Shown piece by piece: positions 18,338 to 27,840 of a stretch of DNA of 64,000 nucleotides. Positions within the stretch are counted from its first letter, which is position 1, and each line of letters begins with the position of its first letter. The notes beneath the pieces were generated by a model. The model made no database searches. It worked only from the letters and a program-made list of their open reading frames with translations, and had not been told where the DNA came from. This stretch comes from Pirellulales bacterium (GTDB taxonomy: Bacteria; Planctomycetota; Planctomycetia; Pirellulales; Lacipirellulaceae): the NCBI GenBank assembly GCA_020849945.1, contig JADZFK010000045.1:295-64294 (forward strand), in the 5' to 3' direction. Position numbers and translations under genes: made by a program.

Positions 18338-18497
18338 TTCACCACAGAGGGCACAGAGAACACGGAGAAATTCCAAGAGAAGTTGCACATTGAAAACTGC
18401 CGAAGTCGGGAACTTCAATTTGCATTATTCAATTTGCATTTTGCATTTTGCAATCTCTTCCTCACTTCTCCGTGTCCTCTGTACTCTCTGTGGTGAA
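18338..18497. repeat. Palindromic tandem-arm element (CACAGAG/CACGGAG type) between gcvPB and the lipoate ligase gene
   Basis: TTCACCACAGAGGGCACAGAGAACACGGAGAA ... TTCTCCGTGTCCTCTGTACTCTCTGTGGTGAA. The core has ATTTGCAT(T) tandem motifs. Confidence 0.9.
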
Positions 18498-18507
18498 ACT
18501 TCTTGCT

Positions 18508-19317
18508 TTGACCACAGCAACACGTCTCATTATCGATCCGCCGCAGCCCGGCGTGTGGAATATGTCGGTCGATGAAGCTCTGCTGGAAGACGCCGTAGCG
18601 AACGGCATTGCCACACTGCGGTTCTACCAGTGGAATGAACCGACGCTTTCGTTGGGATACTTTCAGTGCTATGCCGACCGCGAACAGCACGCCGCGAGCC
18701 GACAGTGTGTGGCCGTCCGCCGCCAATCGGGCGGCGGGGCGATCTTGCACGACCGGGAGCTAACGTACAGCCTTTCGCTCCCACCGGGTCATCCCCTGGG
18801 AGGCCATGCCCCACGGCTTTATGAAGAGGTTCACTTGGCTTTCATCGCCGCGATTGCGGCCTGCTACCCAAATTTGCTCCAAGGGAAACCGCTCACCCAT
18901 ACCGTAAAGATTCGCGGCGGATCGGCACGAGTTCCCCCTTCTGAAGAACCCTTCCTGTGCTTTCAGCGGGCGGCCGCGGGAGATATTGTTTTCGCACAAC
19001 CAGGCACTGCCGGCGCTGGCCGCGAGAGAATTGTGAAGATTATGGGAAGCGCCCAACGGCGGTACCACAGTGCGATATTGCAGCACGGAAGTTTGCTGCT
19101 TTCCCAAAGCCCCGCCACCCCCGAACTGCCCGGGCTGAAGGAACTGAGCGGATGGGTACCCGTCGTTGGCAGGGTAACGGAACTCGTTGTTGAGCAGCTG
19201 GCTACCAGGCTGGAAATGGCATTGGCTGCCGAAAAAATGAGCGCCCAAGTGCAATCCTTGGCCCGCCGCATTGCGAAGAATAAGTATGGGACAGAGGCCT
19301 GGACAAAACGGCGTTAA
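18508..19317 (+). CDS. Lipoate-protein ligase / octanoyltransferase family protein (BPL/LPL catalytic domain)
   Basis: RLIIDPPQPGVWNMSVDEALLE..LRFYQWNEPTLSLGYFQ..RRQSGGGAILHD. The start is uncertain (TTG 18508, or GTG 18490/18493 inside the repeat). Confidence 0.8.
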   Translation: MTTATRLIIDPPQPGVWNMSVDEALLEDAVANGIATLRFYQWNEPTLSLGYFQCYADREQHAASRQCVAVRRQSGGGAILHDRELTYSLSLPPGHPLGGHAPRLYEEVHLAFIAAIAACYPNLLQGKPLTHTVKIRGGSARVPPSEEPFLCFQRAAAGDIVFAQPGTAGAGRERIVKIMGSAQRRYHSAILQHGSLLLSQSPATPELPGLKELSGWVPVVGRVTELVVEQLATRLEMALAAEKMSAQVQSLARRIAKNKYGTEAWTKRR

Positions 19318-19829
19318 GCGGCCGCCCGTGTTTGGCCGAGTAGAGGAATAGGCCGGGAATGAGCGACTGGCTGAGAGTTGAACCGTCGGTTTCCGCCGGC
19401 GGCTGCCACTCGATTCGCAACGAAATACTCGCTGGGCATCGGGAAGCTCATTTCAGACGACGAGCCGAGATAGAGCGGTGCGCGAAACGAAGACTGTTTG
19501 GTGCGCCAAGGACCCGAAGCTGGCCAAGTTCGAGACCCCCTGGGCAAGTAAACAATTTCCCGTAATTTCGGTTGTTTCCACCCAAACGGGGCAGTATGCT
19601 GAGAGCCGTTAATCATTAGAATACTTGCCAAATACAGCAGAAAGGACTTCCCGCACTGATTATGATTTAAGTTGGGCAGCTCATCGCAAGAGGTGGCCAG
19701 ATCCATCGCATATTATATTCCGGCGACGATCGTCGCCAGATTCATCGCACGGCCGCAGTCGCTTGCCTCCGCCCCCCTAAGGTCTCGTTGTATAGAATTC
19801 TATTGTCAGCGGATTAGGGCAAAGAATCG

Positions 19830-20690
19830 ATGAAGCTCAAGTTAGTCGTACTGGCTGGTGCAAAGGAAGGCCTCGAGATCCCGTTGAAGAAAAGCGAGTT
19901 CCTCATCGGGCGGGCCAAGGAGTGCGCGCTGCGCGCTGGGAGCGAAGCGATTAGTCGCCAACATTGTGCCATTACGCGCCATGCGGATCGTTACACGGTG
20001 CGCGATTTAGGCAGCCGCAATGGCACGTTTGTCAACGACCACCTCATCACACAGGAAGTGCCGCTGGAGGCAGGGTGCGAGTTGCGCGTGGGTCCGCTGC
20101 GGTTTCGAGTCGATAAGATCGAAGAGGCAGCCGCCCTAACCGCCCCTACCACCGCCCCTGCTTCAGGTACTTCTACTTCAGAAGCTGTTGGGGCAACCAC
20201 TCCGTTGCCATCTCCCGCGATGAGCGAAAAAGGGCGGAAGCAGCCCCCCGTGAAGGATGTGGCCGAGGTCGTTCAGCGGACGCTGAGCAAGTCGGGAAGC
20301 ATGACGGAGGATGATGTTTCGCGCTGGCTTCTCGGGGTCGAGGATGCGAATAGTGCGGAATCGCTCAAGGAGACACAATCGCTCCGTGCCGAGGAAACGC
20401 ACACGAAGATTCCGCGGCCGGTGTTCGCCAATGAGTCGGCCACGGTCGAGGATATTTCGCAGTTAGCGGAAAGCTCGGAGACCGAGGCTGAACAAGCGGC
20501 GGAATCGGAAACCAATGCACCAGACTCGCAAGAGGAAGGGTCGGGACGCTGGGGTTGGTTCAAGCGAGGCAAGGGCAGCCCCGCCAAAAAAGCACCGGGC
20601 AAGTTGCCGCCTCGCGCGGATCAGCAGCCCATGAAGGATAGCCGCGAAGCGGCGGCCGATATTCTGCGCGAAATGCAGCGCCGCCGATAG
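19830..20690 (+). CDS. FHA domain-containing protein with an acidic/low-complexity C-terminal half
   Basis: FLIGRAKECALRAGSEAISRQHCAI..RDLGSRNGTFVND. Confidence 0.85.
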   Translation: MKLKLVVLAGAKEGLEIPLKKSEFLIGRAKECALRAGSEAISRQHCAITRHADRYTVRDLGSRNGTFVNDHLITQEVPLEAGCELRVGPLRFRVDKIEEAAALTAPTTAPASGTSTSEAVGATTPLPSPAMSEKGRKQPPVKDVAEVVQRTLSKSGSMTEDDVSRWLLGVEDANSAESLKETQSLRAEETHTKIPRPVFANESATVEDISQLAESSETEAEQAAESETNAPDSQEEGSGRWGWFKRGKGSPAKKAPGKLPPRADQQPMKDSREAAADILREMQRRR

Positions 20691-20904
20691 GCTGCCTCGT
20701 TTCTACACTCCTTTTGCCGCGATGCGTTTTGCCCCGATGCGATGGCTCTGTATCACGGAGCGCGGAGTCATGGTTCGCTTTCCATACTCGACCCAATATG
20801 CAAGAATGTATGGAATGAGCGTCAAATATCTTTCGTTCAAACAGCGGCCTTGCGGCCGCCGCTAACTGGAATTCCTCTCGCCCAACAACCTCGCTCCGGC
20901 ACCT

Positions 20905-21156
20905 ATGAACAATTCCCGTGATCTCTCCGACCGTCGCATCGCCGGCCTGCTGGGTTTCGCATTCGATGCCGACGATGGACTCAAACGAATTACACGAGGC
21001 AAGCATTTCTTGCTGGCCGGGGGCTCCGAGGAAACGCACGGGCTGATGCAAGAGACCATCATTCGTGTCAACGACCGTTTGGATTCTCGCGGCCTGGTAC
21101 TTACCGATATCTCGCCCGAACAGCTCTTTGAGCTGCTTCAGGATATCCGTGGCTAA
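20905..21156 (+). CDS. Small hypothetical protein (83 aa)
   Basis: Clean ORF with genome-typical codon usage and no recognised domain. Confidence 0.5.
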   Translation: MNNSRDLSDRRIAGLLGFAFDADDGLKRITRGKHFLLAGGSEETHGLMQETIIRVNDRLDSRGLVLTDISPEQLFELLQDIRG

Positions 21157-21243
21157 CCCGCACCTCTTCGAAGCAACGCCACGGAACAAAGCCGGGGCAC
21201 ACACGGAAGCACGGAGAAGCCGATCGATCGTTGCATGGTAGGT

Positions 21244-21316
21244 CCCGCGAGCCGAGCGGGGCACGGGATTGCCAACTCCGTATCCAAGTTCACGAATCGT
21301 GCCGCTCGGCTCGCGG
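21244..21316. terminator. Long GC-rich hairpin (~19 bp stem, ~32 nt loop) between convergent small genes
   Basis: CCGCGAGCCGAGCGGGGCACG ... CGTGCCGCTCGGCTCGCGG. Confidence 0.4.
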
Positions 21317-21478
21317 CACCTACTTCTCGGCCCAACGGGAAGAACAGCTCGGCCCCGTGACCCATTTGGCAATGACCAATCGTATCGGTGAGATTGTATT
21401 GCACCGCGCTTTGCTACGCGGTGCCTTCGCATCGCGGCTGCCCGAGAAAAACGGTTTCCTCGTTGGCACCTTGGCCGT

Positions 21479-21988
21479 TCAAACCGATCCCCAACCGGTT
21501 TCCGCAACCGATTCGTAGCCGACCCAAGTGGGTAGGAAGCTGGACATTGGCTTTTCGGAAGTGATTGGTTCCTCGGCAGCTTGGCAGGTGCCATTGGTGG
21601 TTGCCTTCACGTAGCCCAGAGAACGAATGACTTCGAGCACTTCGCTGCAGGTGGGAAACATGCGGCCGCTCTTGCGTTTGTAATCGTCGAGAGCGTTCAT
21701 GAACTCAACTTCTTGCTCGGTGTAGTCGCGTTCGCACGTGGTCGGGTCGATTTGGCGTCGGCGGTTAACCTTCTGGCGGCGTTCCACCTGCGGCCCCGCC
21801 GGGGGCGATTTGCGCTCGGTTGCCTCGTCGCCCTGCCGACGTTCTTTCGCACGTCGGCGGTCGATGGTCACGATTTCTTCGTTCGTTGCGGAAGCGTTGG
21901 TGATCGCTTTCTTTGTGGATCGCGAGGGTGTCTTGCTCTTCGACTTGGGAGCAGTCTTCTTCTGGGGCACGGTGGGGGATCTCCGCAA
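21479..21988 (-). CDS. Hypothetical protein with a Lys/Arg-rich N-terminus and a conserved-looking C-terminal module
   Basis: [18 protein letters not shown]... followed by [50 protein letters not shown]. Confidence 0.6.
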   Translation of the reverse strand: MRRSPTVPQKKTAPKSKSKTPSRSTKKAITNASATNEEIVTIDRRRAKERRQGDEATERKSPPAGPQVERRQKVNRRRQIDPTTCERDYTEQEVEFMNALDDYKRKSGRMFPTCSEVLEVIRSLGYVKATTNGTCQAAEEPITSEKPMSSFLPTWVGYESVAETGWGSV

Positions 21989-22502
21989 AGGGCTCGAGCC
22001 GGTCAGCCCTTTGAACTCATTTTCTTTAAGAATGGGGGAGTGGGGAGGTAGGGAGTGGGAAATCGATCAGAGAATGAACCAAGAATTCCAACTCGGCGAT
22101 CGCCCGGCCTTGGCAGGCTCGGTAGGCTGGGCGCAGTTTTCCGTTGTAGAAACATGCCACATGCTTGCAGCGCAGGCACTCAAAAATCGACTACGAAAAC
22201 AAAAACAACTAGGCAAAATAACTGGTTTACGCAATCTTGCGGGGTAGTCCGGTTGTAACGGCAAGCCTATCGAACCAGCCGTTCATTGCTGAATCGCCGC
22301 GTCGGGTACCTTGAGCTACTAATCTGTTGAAAAAGAGCCAAACGCAAGTGTTGTTGCCGACCCGTTTCGGGTCGGACAAACTTTGCGCAAACTGTCTTGC
22401 CTCGCCTGCATGGGGTTGATACCCTCCGCCGCCCGTAACGCCGGTTCCGAACCGGTGGTCGGCGAACTTCTCACTGGGTACTCCTGTTTGCGAGTCGCTC
22501 CC

Positions 22503-23294
22503 GTGCTCTTCGAGACTACTGACCTATGCCGATCGAGAGAAACCGCCTCGGCCCGGGCTGCCTGGGTTATCGGGGGCGTGCTGTTGGTTTGCGTCTTGAG
22601 CAACGGGTGCAGTAATATCCAATCGCAGGCGGCCAACGTGGAAGGGGTGCGGCTTTACCAGCAAGGGAACTACCAGCAGGCGTCCGACCTATTCCACCAA
22701 GCAATCGCACAGAACCCCCAATCTCCCGAGGGCTACTACAACCTGGCAGCATCGCTGCACAAGACGGGCACGCTGTACAATCGGCCGAACGACTTGCAGC
22801 AGGCCGAGATTCTGTACAATCAGTGTCTGGAGCGTAACCCGAACCATGCCGAGTGTTACCGAGGCCTGGCCGTGTTGCTCACGGAAACGAATCGCAAGCA
22901 GGAGGCATTTAATCTGCTGAATCATTGGGCTGGCAACAGCCCGAAGTCGGCCGAACCGCGGATTGAAATCGCGCGGTTGTTGGAAGAATCGGGTCAGGCC
23001 GAACAGGCGAAGGCACAGTTGGTCGATGCGTTGACGATCGACCCGCACAATGCCCGCGCGCTCACCGCACTTGGCCGGCTGCGCGATCAATCGGGCGATC
23101 CGCAGCAAGCGTTGGCGAATTACAAACGTTCGTTGACGGAGAATCGGTTCCAGCCGGAAGTTTCGGCCCGCGTGGCACAGTTGCAGGGCGTAGCGGCACC
23201 CACGGGTGTGCCGGCGACCGCCGGCCCCGCCCCCAGCACCGCTCCCGCGGAAACCCGCACCGCCAACGGCTCGCAGCCAGCCGTGCGGTATTGA
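22503..23294 (+). CDS. TPR-repeat lipoprotein
   Basis: Lipobox-like VLLVCVLSNGC followed by several TPR units (YQQGNYQQASDLFHQAIAQNPQSPEGYYNLA...). GTG 22503 is proposed; the ORF is open from 22383. Confidence 0.7.
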   Translation: MLFETTDLCRSRETASARAAWVIGGVLLVCVLSNGCSNIQSQAANVEGVRLYQQGNYQQASDLFHQAIAQNPQSPEGYYNLAASLHKTGTLYNRPNDLQQAEILYNQCLERNPNHAECYRGLAVLLTETNRKQEAFNLLNHWAGNSPKSAEPRIEIARLLEESGQAEQAKAQLVDALTIDPHNARALTALGRLRDQSGDPQQALANYKRSLTENRFQPEVSARVAQLQGVAAPTGVPATAGPAPSTAPAETRTANGSQPAVRY

Positions 23295-23318
23295 GCTGCG
23301 AATCATGGCTGATGCAAT

Positions 23319-23819
23319 GTGGTACAATTGATCGCCATGAAACCCAAAGTCTACTTGGAAACCAGCATCCTGGGTTGCCTCACGGCTTGGATCGCGCGGG
23401 ATCTCGTTTCGGCATCGAATCAAGCCGTTACTCGTGAGTGGTGGGCGACCCGAGAAGATATTGACCTTTATGGCTCTGCAATCGTGATCGATGAATCGGG
23501 CAGAGGTGATCCAGAGGCTTCGCGCCATCGCCTTGAATTAATTTCGGATATACCTCAACTTGAGATCAATGATGCGGCTCGAATGCTGGGCAAAAAGCTT
23601 GTTAGGGAACTTTCACTGCCGAGCAAGGCCAGCGCGGATGCCCTGCACATTAGTCTCGCCGCATCGCATGGCATGAATTATTTGTTGACATAGAATTGCA
23701 CACATATAGCCAACGCCAAGTTGCGAAGACCCATTGAAGCGGTTTGCCACGAAGCTGGCTACGAACCGCCAATCATTTGCACCCCACAAGAACTGCTCGG
23801 CTGGAGGAATCCGCAATGA
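23319..23819 (+). pseudogene. PIN-like toxin-family gene interrupted by an in-frame TAG (23691-23693)
   Basis: MKPKVYLETSILG...DALHISLAASHGMNYLLT-TAG-NCTHIANAKLRR...IICTPQELL. The frame continues 42 codons beyond the TAG to a TGA that overlaps the next gene's ATG. Confidence 0.65.
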
Positions 23820-24010
23820 TGGATCCGATTCTCGCGGAAATACGAAGGATCAGAGAAGAAATTGCAAGCCAATTCGATTGCGATTTGGATCGGATGTGCG
23901 ATTATTGGCAACGGCAGCAGTCTGAATCGGGAAGAAAAGTGGTATCGTTGCCGAGTCGCCCTCCCTTGATCGAATTCCACGATGTTCGTGCGAGACATCA
24001 AGCGACTTGA
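23816..24010 (+). CDS. Small partner protein of the PIN-like gene (putative antitoxin), ATGA-coupled
   Basis: MMDPILAEIRRIREEIASQFDCDLDRM...; its start overlaps the extended PIN frame stop. Confidence 0.55.
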   Translation: MMDPILAEIRRIREEIASQFDCDLDRMCDYWQRQQSESGRKVVSLPSRPPLIEFHDVRARHQAT

Positions 24011-24081
24011 GAAGCAATTCGAGTGCGGCTTCGGAGTTTCGTTAATCGCCTCAACATGATTCATAGCTCCCAAGCTCAGCC

Positions 24082-24897
24082 ATGAAAGAATCCGAACGCG
24101 ACCAATTTTACTCGCCACCCCAACCGCCTTCGGATGGCGGCGATGACGACGAGTTCGAACTTGAACCGCCCGATGAAACGATCAACGAGCGGCGGCGCCA
24201 AGACGCGCTCGAAACGATCACTCGAACGATCGATGTCGATGAGATTTATCGGCAGGCCGACCATGATCGCGGCGCCGAAATCTTGGAAGAATGGGTACGC
24301 AACTTCCGCTTCCGATTCCAGGTGAAGCACCTGCTGATTCTGACGGCTGTTCTGGCGATCGTACTAACGCTGTTCACCCTTCAAGTGTTTTGGGTAACGC
24401 TCGTCGTTACGATCATGCTTTCCGTCGCGGGGTTGTTTGTTTATCTGCGATGGCAGGATCACAAGCATCAGGCCGAGGCGGCCAAGATTCGCGAGGCCAT
24501 GTACGCCCGGCGGCGAGCCCAATTGGAAGCTAGTACGGGTGTAAACTCCGCCGGACAACCGCTGGGAACCGAGTTGCTGCCCGAAACTCCACCTTTGCCG
24601 AACCAAGTGGATGAAATCTGGCAGAAGTCTCTTGAGGAACAATCGTTCCGGTTTCGATTCTCGCTCAAAGAGCTGTTCGTGATCATGACCCTCGCGGCGG
24701 TGCTTCTTGGCCTGATGCGTTTGCTCGGAGGCCCCGAGGCAAGCGCGAGTGTGCTCGGCCTCGTGGCGCTCGGCGGCCTTGCCGCCCATGCCCTTGGCGC
24801 GGAGCCTCGCCAATACGTCGTACTGGGCTGGTGGGTGACTTTGGTCCTGTATGTGATCTCAAGTATCGCGGCGATCGTATGGCGGGCCATTGCGTAG
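24082..24897 (+). CDS. Membrane protein with an acidic N-terminus and two FRFRFxxKxL hydrophobic anchor modules
   Basis: FRFRFQVKHLLILTAVLAIVL and FRFRFSLKELFVIMTLAAVLLGL, plus further TM segments. Confidence 0.7.
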   Translation: MKESERDQFYSPPQPPSDGGDDDEFELEPPDETINERRRQDALETITRTIDVDEIYRQADHDRGAEILEEWVRNFRFRFQVKHLLILTAVLAIVLTLFTLQVFWVTLVVTIMLSVAGLFVYLRWQDHKHQAEAAKIREAMYARRRAQLEASTGVNSAGQPLGTELLPETPPLPNQVDEIWQKSLEEQSFRFRFSLKELFVIMTLAAVLLGLMRLLGGPEASASVLGLVALGGLAAHALGAEPRQYVVLGWWVTLVLYVISSIAAIVWRAIA

Positions 24898-25151
24898 CCC
24901 AGACATCTCACGATGCGGCACTGCGGCCACGGAACAGAACGGTTATTCCAGGTGGGGCCTCTTACCGGCGGCCATTTTGGAAATGGCCACTTTCAAGTAC
25001 ACCAGTTGCCGATCGCGCATAGGAAGGCACCTTGGCGATGTGGATCGCGCCAACGAGCGCGGGCGGATTGGCACATGGATTGCACTTGCAAATCACATGC
25101 AAATGAACAATACTTGATATATTGCCGTTCCCTGGTGGAAATTACCGGACC

Positions 25152-25598
25152 ATGAAGACGCCAGCTACAGGACATAATGTGGCGTGGGCCAAGGGCTTGC
25201 TGAAGGAGGCGGGCCTGCGGAGCACGGCTGCTCGGGTGGCGGTGCTGCAGCAGTTGGCGTCTGGTGAGGTGCCATCGAGTCATGCGGAAATCGTGGCGTT
25301 ATTGACGAATTTTGGGTTCGATCAATCGACGATCTTTCGCGCCCTTCACGAATTGGCCGACGCGGGATTGGTGAGTCGTCTTGATTTGGGCGACCAGATT
25401 CGCCGCTTCGAATTGCGAAATACCGCTGGCGACGACACGCTGGAACATCCTCATTTCATGTGCGTGGACTGCGGCAAGGTGACTTGTTTGGAAGAGTTCA
25501 CGTTTTCGCTGGCCCCGAGTCGCGGCCCCCGCCGCGAGCAACTGGGCAAGATCACGGAAGTCCTGCTCAAGGGACACTGTGGGGCTTGCCTCGACTGA
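25152..25598 (+). CDS. Fur-family metalloregulator (Fur/Zur/PerR not distinguishable)
   Basis: LKEAGLRSTAARVAVLQQL, HPHFMCVDCGKV, GHCGAC. Confidence 0.85.
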   Translation: MKTPATGHNVAWAKGLLKEAGLRSTAARVAVLQQLASGEVPSSHAEIVALLTNFGFDQSTIFRALHELADAGLVSRLDLGDQIRRFELRNTAGDDTLEHPHFMCVDCGKVTCLEEFTFSLAPSRGPRREQLGKITEVLLKGHCGACLD

Positions 25599-25703
25599 GC
25601 GGCCCATTCGCGCTCGCAAGTGTAGATTGCAGAATCGGTGACTGAGGGGGCTTCGCGCTGGAGTAATGCACCGTGAGGCGACTAGCAGCCGCCGGCGGCT
25701 AGC

Positions 25704-25888
25704 CCGGATTTCTCACCACGGAGCACACAGAGGTCACGGTAAACAAGCCAAGAGATCGTTTGAAGAAGGTCAACCGCCTGTAACTACGAGACAGGGTGTT
25801 TCCACCGTTTATTGCGGTAGGGATACTTGTAACCGGTTTTCTCCGTGGCTCCGTGGCACCGTGGTTTTTTCATTGTGAGAAATGCGGA
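25704..25888 (+). repeat. ~185 bp MITE-like palindromic element, copy 2
   Basis: The first 36 nt are identical to copy 1. The core (AAGAGATCGTTTGAAG..CTACGAGACAGGGTGTTTCC..GGTTTTCTCCGTGGCTCCGTG) is shared, in the same orientation. Confidence 0.85.
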
Positions 25889-26031
25889 CTAGAGTAAACA
25901 CCTTGCCCGCAATTCCCGAGCACTTTCAACTAGGATAGGAACTTGCGTCGGCTTCAATTATCCTGTTGTTCGCGGGTAGCTTGCAGGCCCCCCTTGCGTT
26001 TCGATAACTTACTTAGTTTGGTTGCCGTGTC

Positions 26032-26778
26032 ATGCCTTCGTTGCCTGTTACCTTTACCGAACTGTTTACCGCACTCGGCCTCATTGTGCTGGGGGCGATC
26101 GTGCAAGGTTCGGTCGGTTTCGGACTGGCCGTGGTTGTGGCCCCTTTCTTGCTGCTGATCAATCCGGTGTTCTTGCCGGGGCCGGTGTTACTGGCGGTCG
26201 TATTTCTGACGATCATGATTTCGGTCCGAGAACGGGAGCATATCGCCTGGTCGGAAGTGAATGTGAGCACGGTCGGGCGCGTCGTAGGAATGATCCCCGC
26301 CGCGTATGCGATTAAATTTGCGTCTGCCCAAGCTTACGACATGATGTTCTCGCTGGCCGTTCTGGCTGGCGTGGTGATCAGCCTAACGGGCTGGCACGTT
26401 CGGCTGACGATGCGAAACTTGTTCTTCGCGGCGATCGGCTCGGGCTTTGCGAGCACGGTATCGTCCGTTGGCGGGCCGCCGATGGCGCTCGCCTATCAAC
26501 ACGAAGAACCGGCCAAGATCCGCGGGACGCTCTCGGCCATTTTTTCGATTGGCACCCCCATCTCGCTTAGTGGTTTATGGTGGGCAGGTCGCTTCGGCCG
26601 CAGCGAGGCTCTTGTCGGGGTTTTGCTGATGCCGGCGATCTTGTTGGGGTTCCGAATCTCGCGCTTCACGGCGGCTCGACTCGATCCGAAGCATACGCGG
26701 CCGGTCATCCTGGCCCTTTCCGCCGCAGCCGCTGTTGCCGTGATGGTGAAGGCCGTCGTTCAACTGCTGCACCCCTGA
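26032..26778 (+). CDS. TauE/SafE-family anion exporter membrane protein
   Basis: LGLIVLGAIVQGSVGFGLAVVVAPFLLL and multiple TM segments. Confidence 0.8.
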   Translation: MPSLPVTFTELFTALGLIVLGAIVQGSVGFGLAVVVAPFLLLINPVFLPGPVLLAVVFLTIMISVREREHIAWSEVNVSTVGRVVGMIPAAYAIKFASAQAYDMMFSLAVLAGVVISLTGWHVRLTMRNLFFAAIGSGFASTVSSVGGPPMALAYQHEEPAKIRGTLSAIFSIGTPISLSGLWWAGRFGRSEALVGVLLMPAILLGFRISRFTAARLDPKHTRPVILALSAAAAVAVMVKAVVQLLHP

Positions 26779-26792
26779 TGCCGCTCGCTTGT

Positions 26793-27302
26793 TTACCGTC
26801 GTGGGGGCTTGCCCATGAGGCGGCGGAGCATTGCAATTTGGCCCGCGTGGATCAGTTCGTGCTGCGAGCACCAGTCGATCGCGCCGAGTTTTGTCTTAAA
26901 GAGTGGGTGCGGCTTTTCGACCGGGGCATCCAGCTCGGCGTTATCCACAAGGGGTAGCTCGGTGAGCACCCGATCGTGAACGGCATCGAACACTCGCTGA
27001 GTTTCATCAAGCGGCAGATTCAGATTCTTCCCGACGACCGGTTGTGAGCCGAGCTTGAATGCCTCGATGTAGGCATCCGAGATGAGGGAGACGTCCTCCG
27101 CAGTGCGCCCCCGTAGCCGCCGCAAGCACAGGTTGTATTGGGCCACCGCCAGATGGCCAACCTGCCAGGCCACATGCGTGGTGTACTGGGGGGGCGTCCA
27201 GAACCATTCCTCAGGGGCCAAGTCGGGCAGGTACTGCCGAGTGTACATCCGCGATCGCCGCATTCGGTCAATCGCCGCTTCAAGCCGGGCGGGCGTTGGC
27301 AT
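26793..27302 (-). CDS. DinB-family protein
   Basis: HVAWQVGHLAVAQ ... HELIHAGQIAMLRR histidine pattern. Confidence 0.75.
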   Translation of the reverse strand: MPTPARLEAAIDRMRRSRMYTRQYLPDLAPEEWFWTPPQYTTHVAWQVGHLAVAQYNLCLRRLRGRTAEDVSLISDAYIEAFKLGSQPVVGKNLNLPLDETQRVFDAVHDRVLTELPLVDNAELDAPVEKPHPLFKTKLGAIDWCSQHELIHAGQIAMLRRLMGKPPRR

Positions 27303-27840
27303 TTCGATTATCCTGTCGGTTTGCAGGAGCTCTGCTGAAATACTTCTATTGAACCAACGATTCTACTCGACGTTGCATGGAAGTGGTAACGTCCTGGCTG
27401 CCGATCCAGGGCCGATATGTTATTCATGTTCAGGACAGCGAGGACTCACGAACCCGAAGCGTCGGCGAGGGAATGTGTGTTTCTTTCCTCGCTGACGTTT
27501 CGGGCTGGTTTCCAATACACTCGCCCAAATTGGAAAAAGCGATCGGCCCTGGCTGCCAACCGCAAATAGTATTGCTGCCCAGTTTCGGGTCGGGAAATGA
27601 TCGTGCAAACGTGGGACGCATGAAATCGCGCTGGGATTACCGGCCCGGAGGGCCTGGCTATGTATTGCGTTATTCGGCCCGAGGATGCTGCAGCGTGGCA
27701 CAGGGGAAGATGTCGACGAAATCTTCCCAAGCTAGCTAGTTTACATTCCGTGGGGCATTTGTCAGACTGCTAGGTAGCCTACGTTGGGGGGATGTGAACC
27801 TCCAACATGGCCTTCATTCACCGTTGAACAAGGATCAACC

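Noticed and set aside
14555-18497. Tandem-unit arms considered as CRISPR-like arrays
   Set aside because: The units are 7-9 nt and contiguous with no spacers. The arrays are paired as inverted arms, and no cas genes are present.
19314-19706. 130 aa minus-strand ORF with a CGKS P-loop-like string
   Set aside because: It has no complete Walker A context, atypical composition, no RBS or start support, and it overlaps the end of the lipoate ligase gene. It is probably non-coding.
23691-23693. In-frame TAG as programmed recoding (for example pyrrolysine or suppressor readthrough)
   Set aside because: There is nothing in the window to support recoding machinery. A single-base nonsense mutation of a Trp codon is the simpler explanation.
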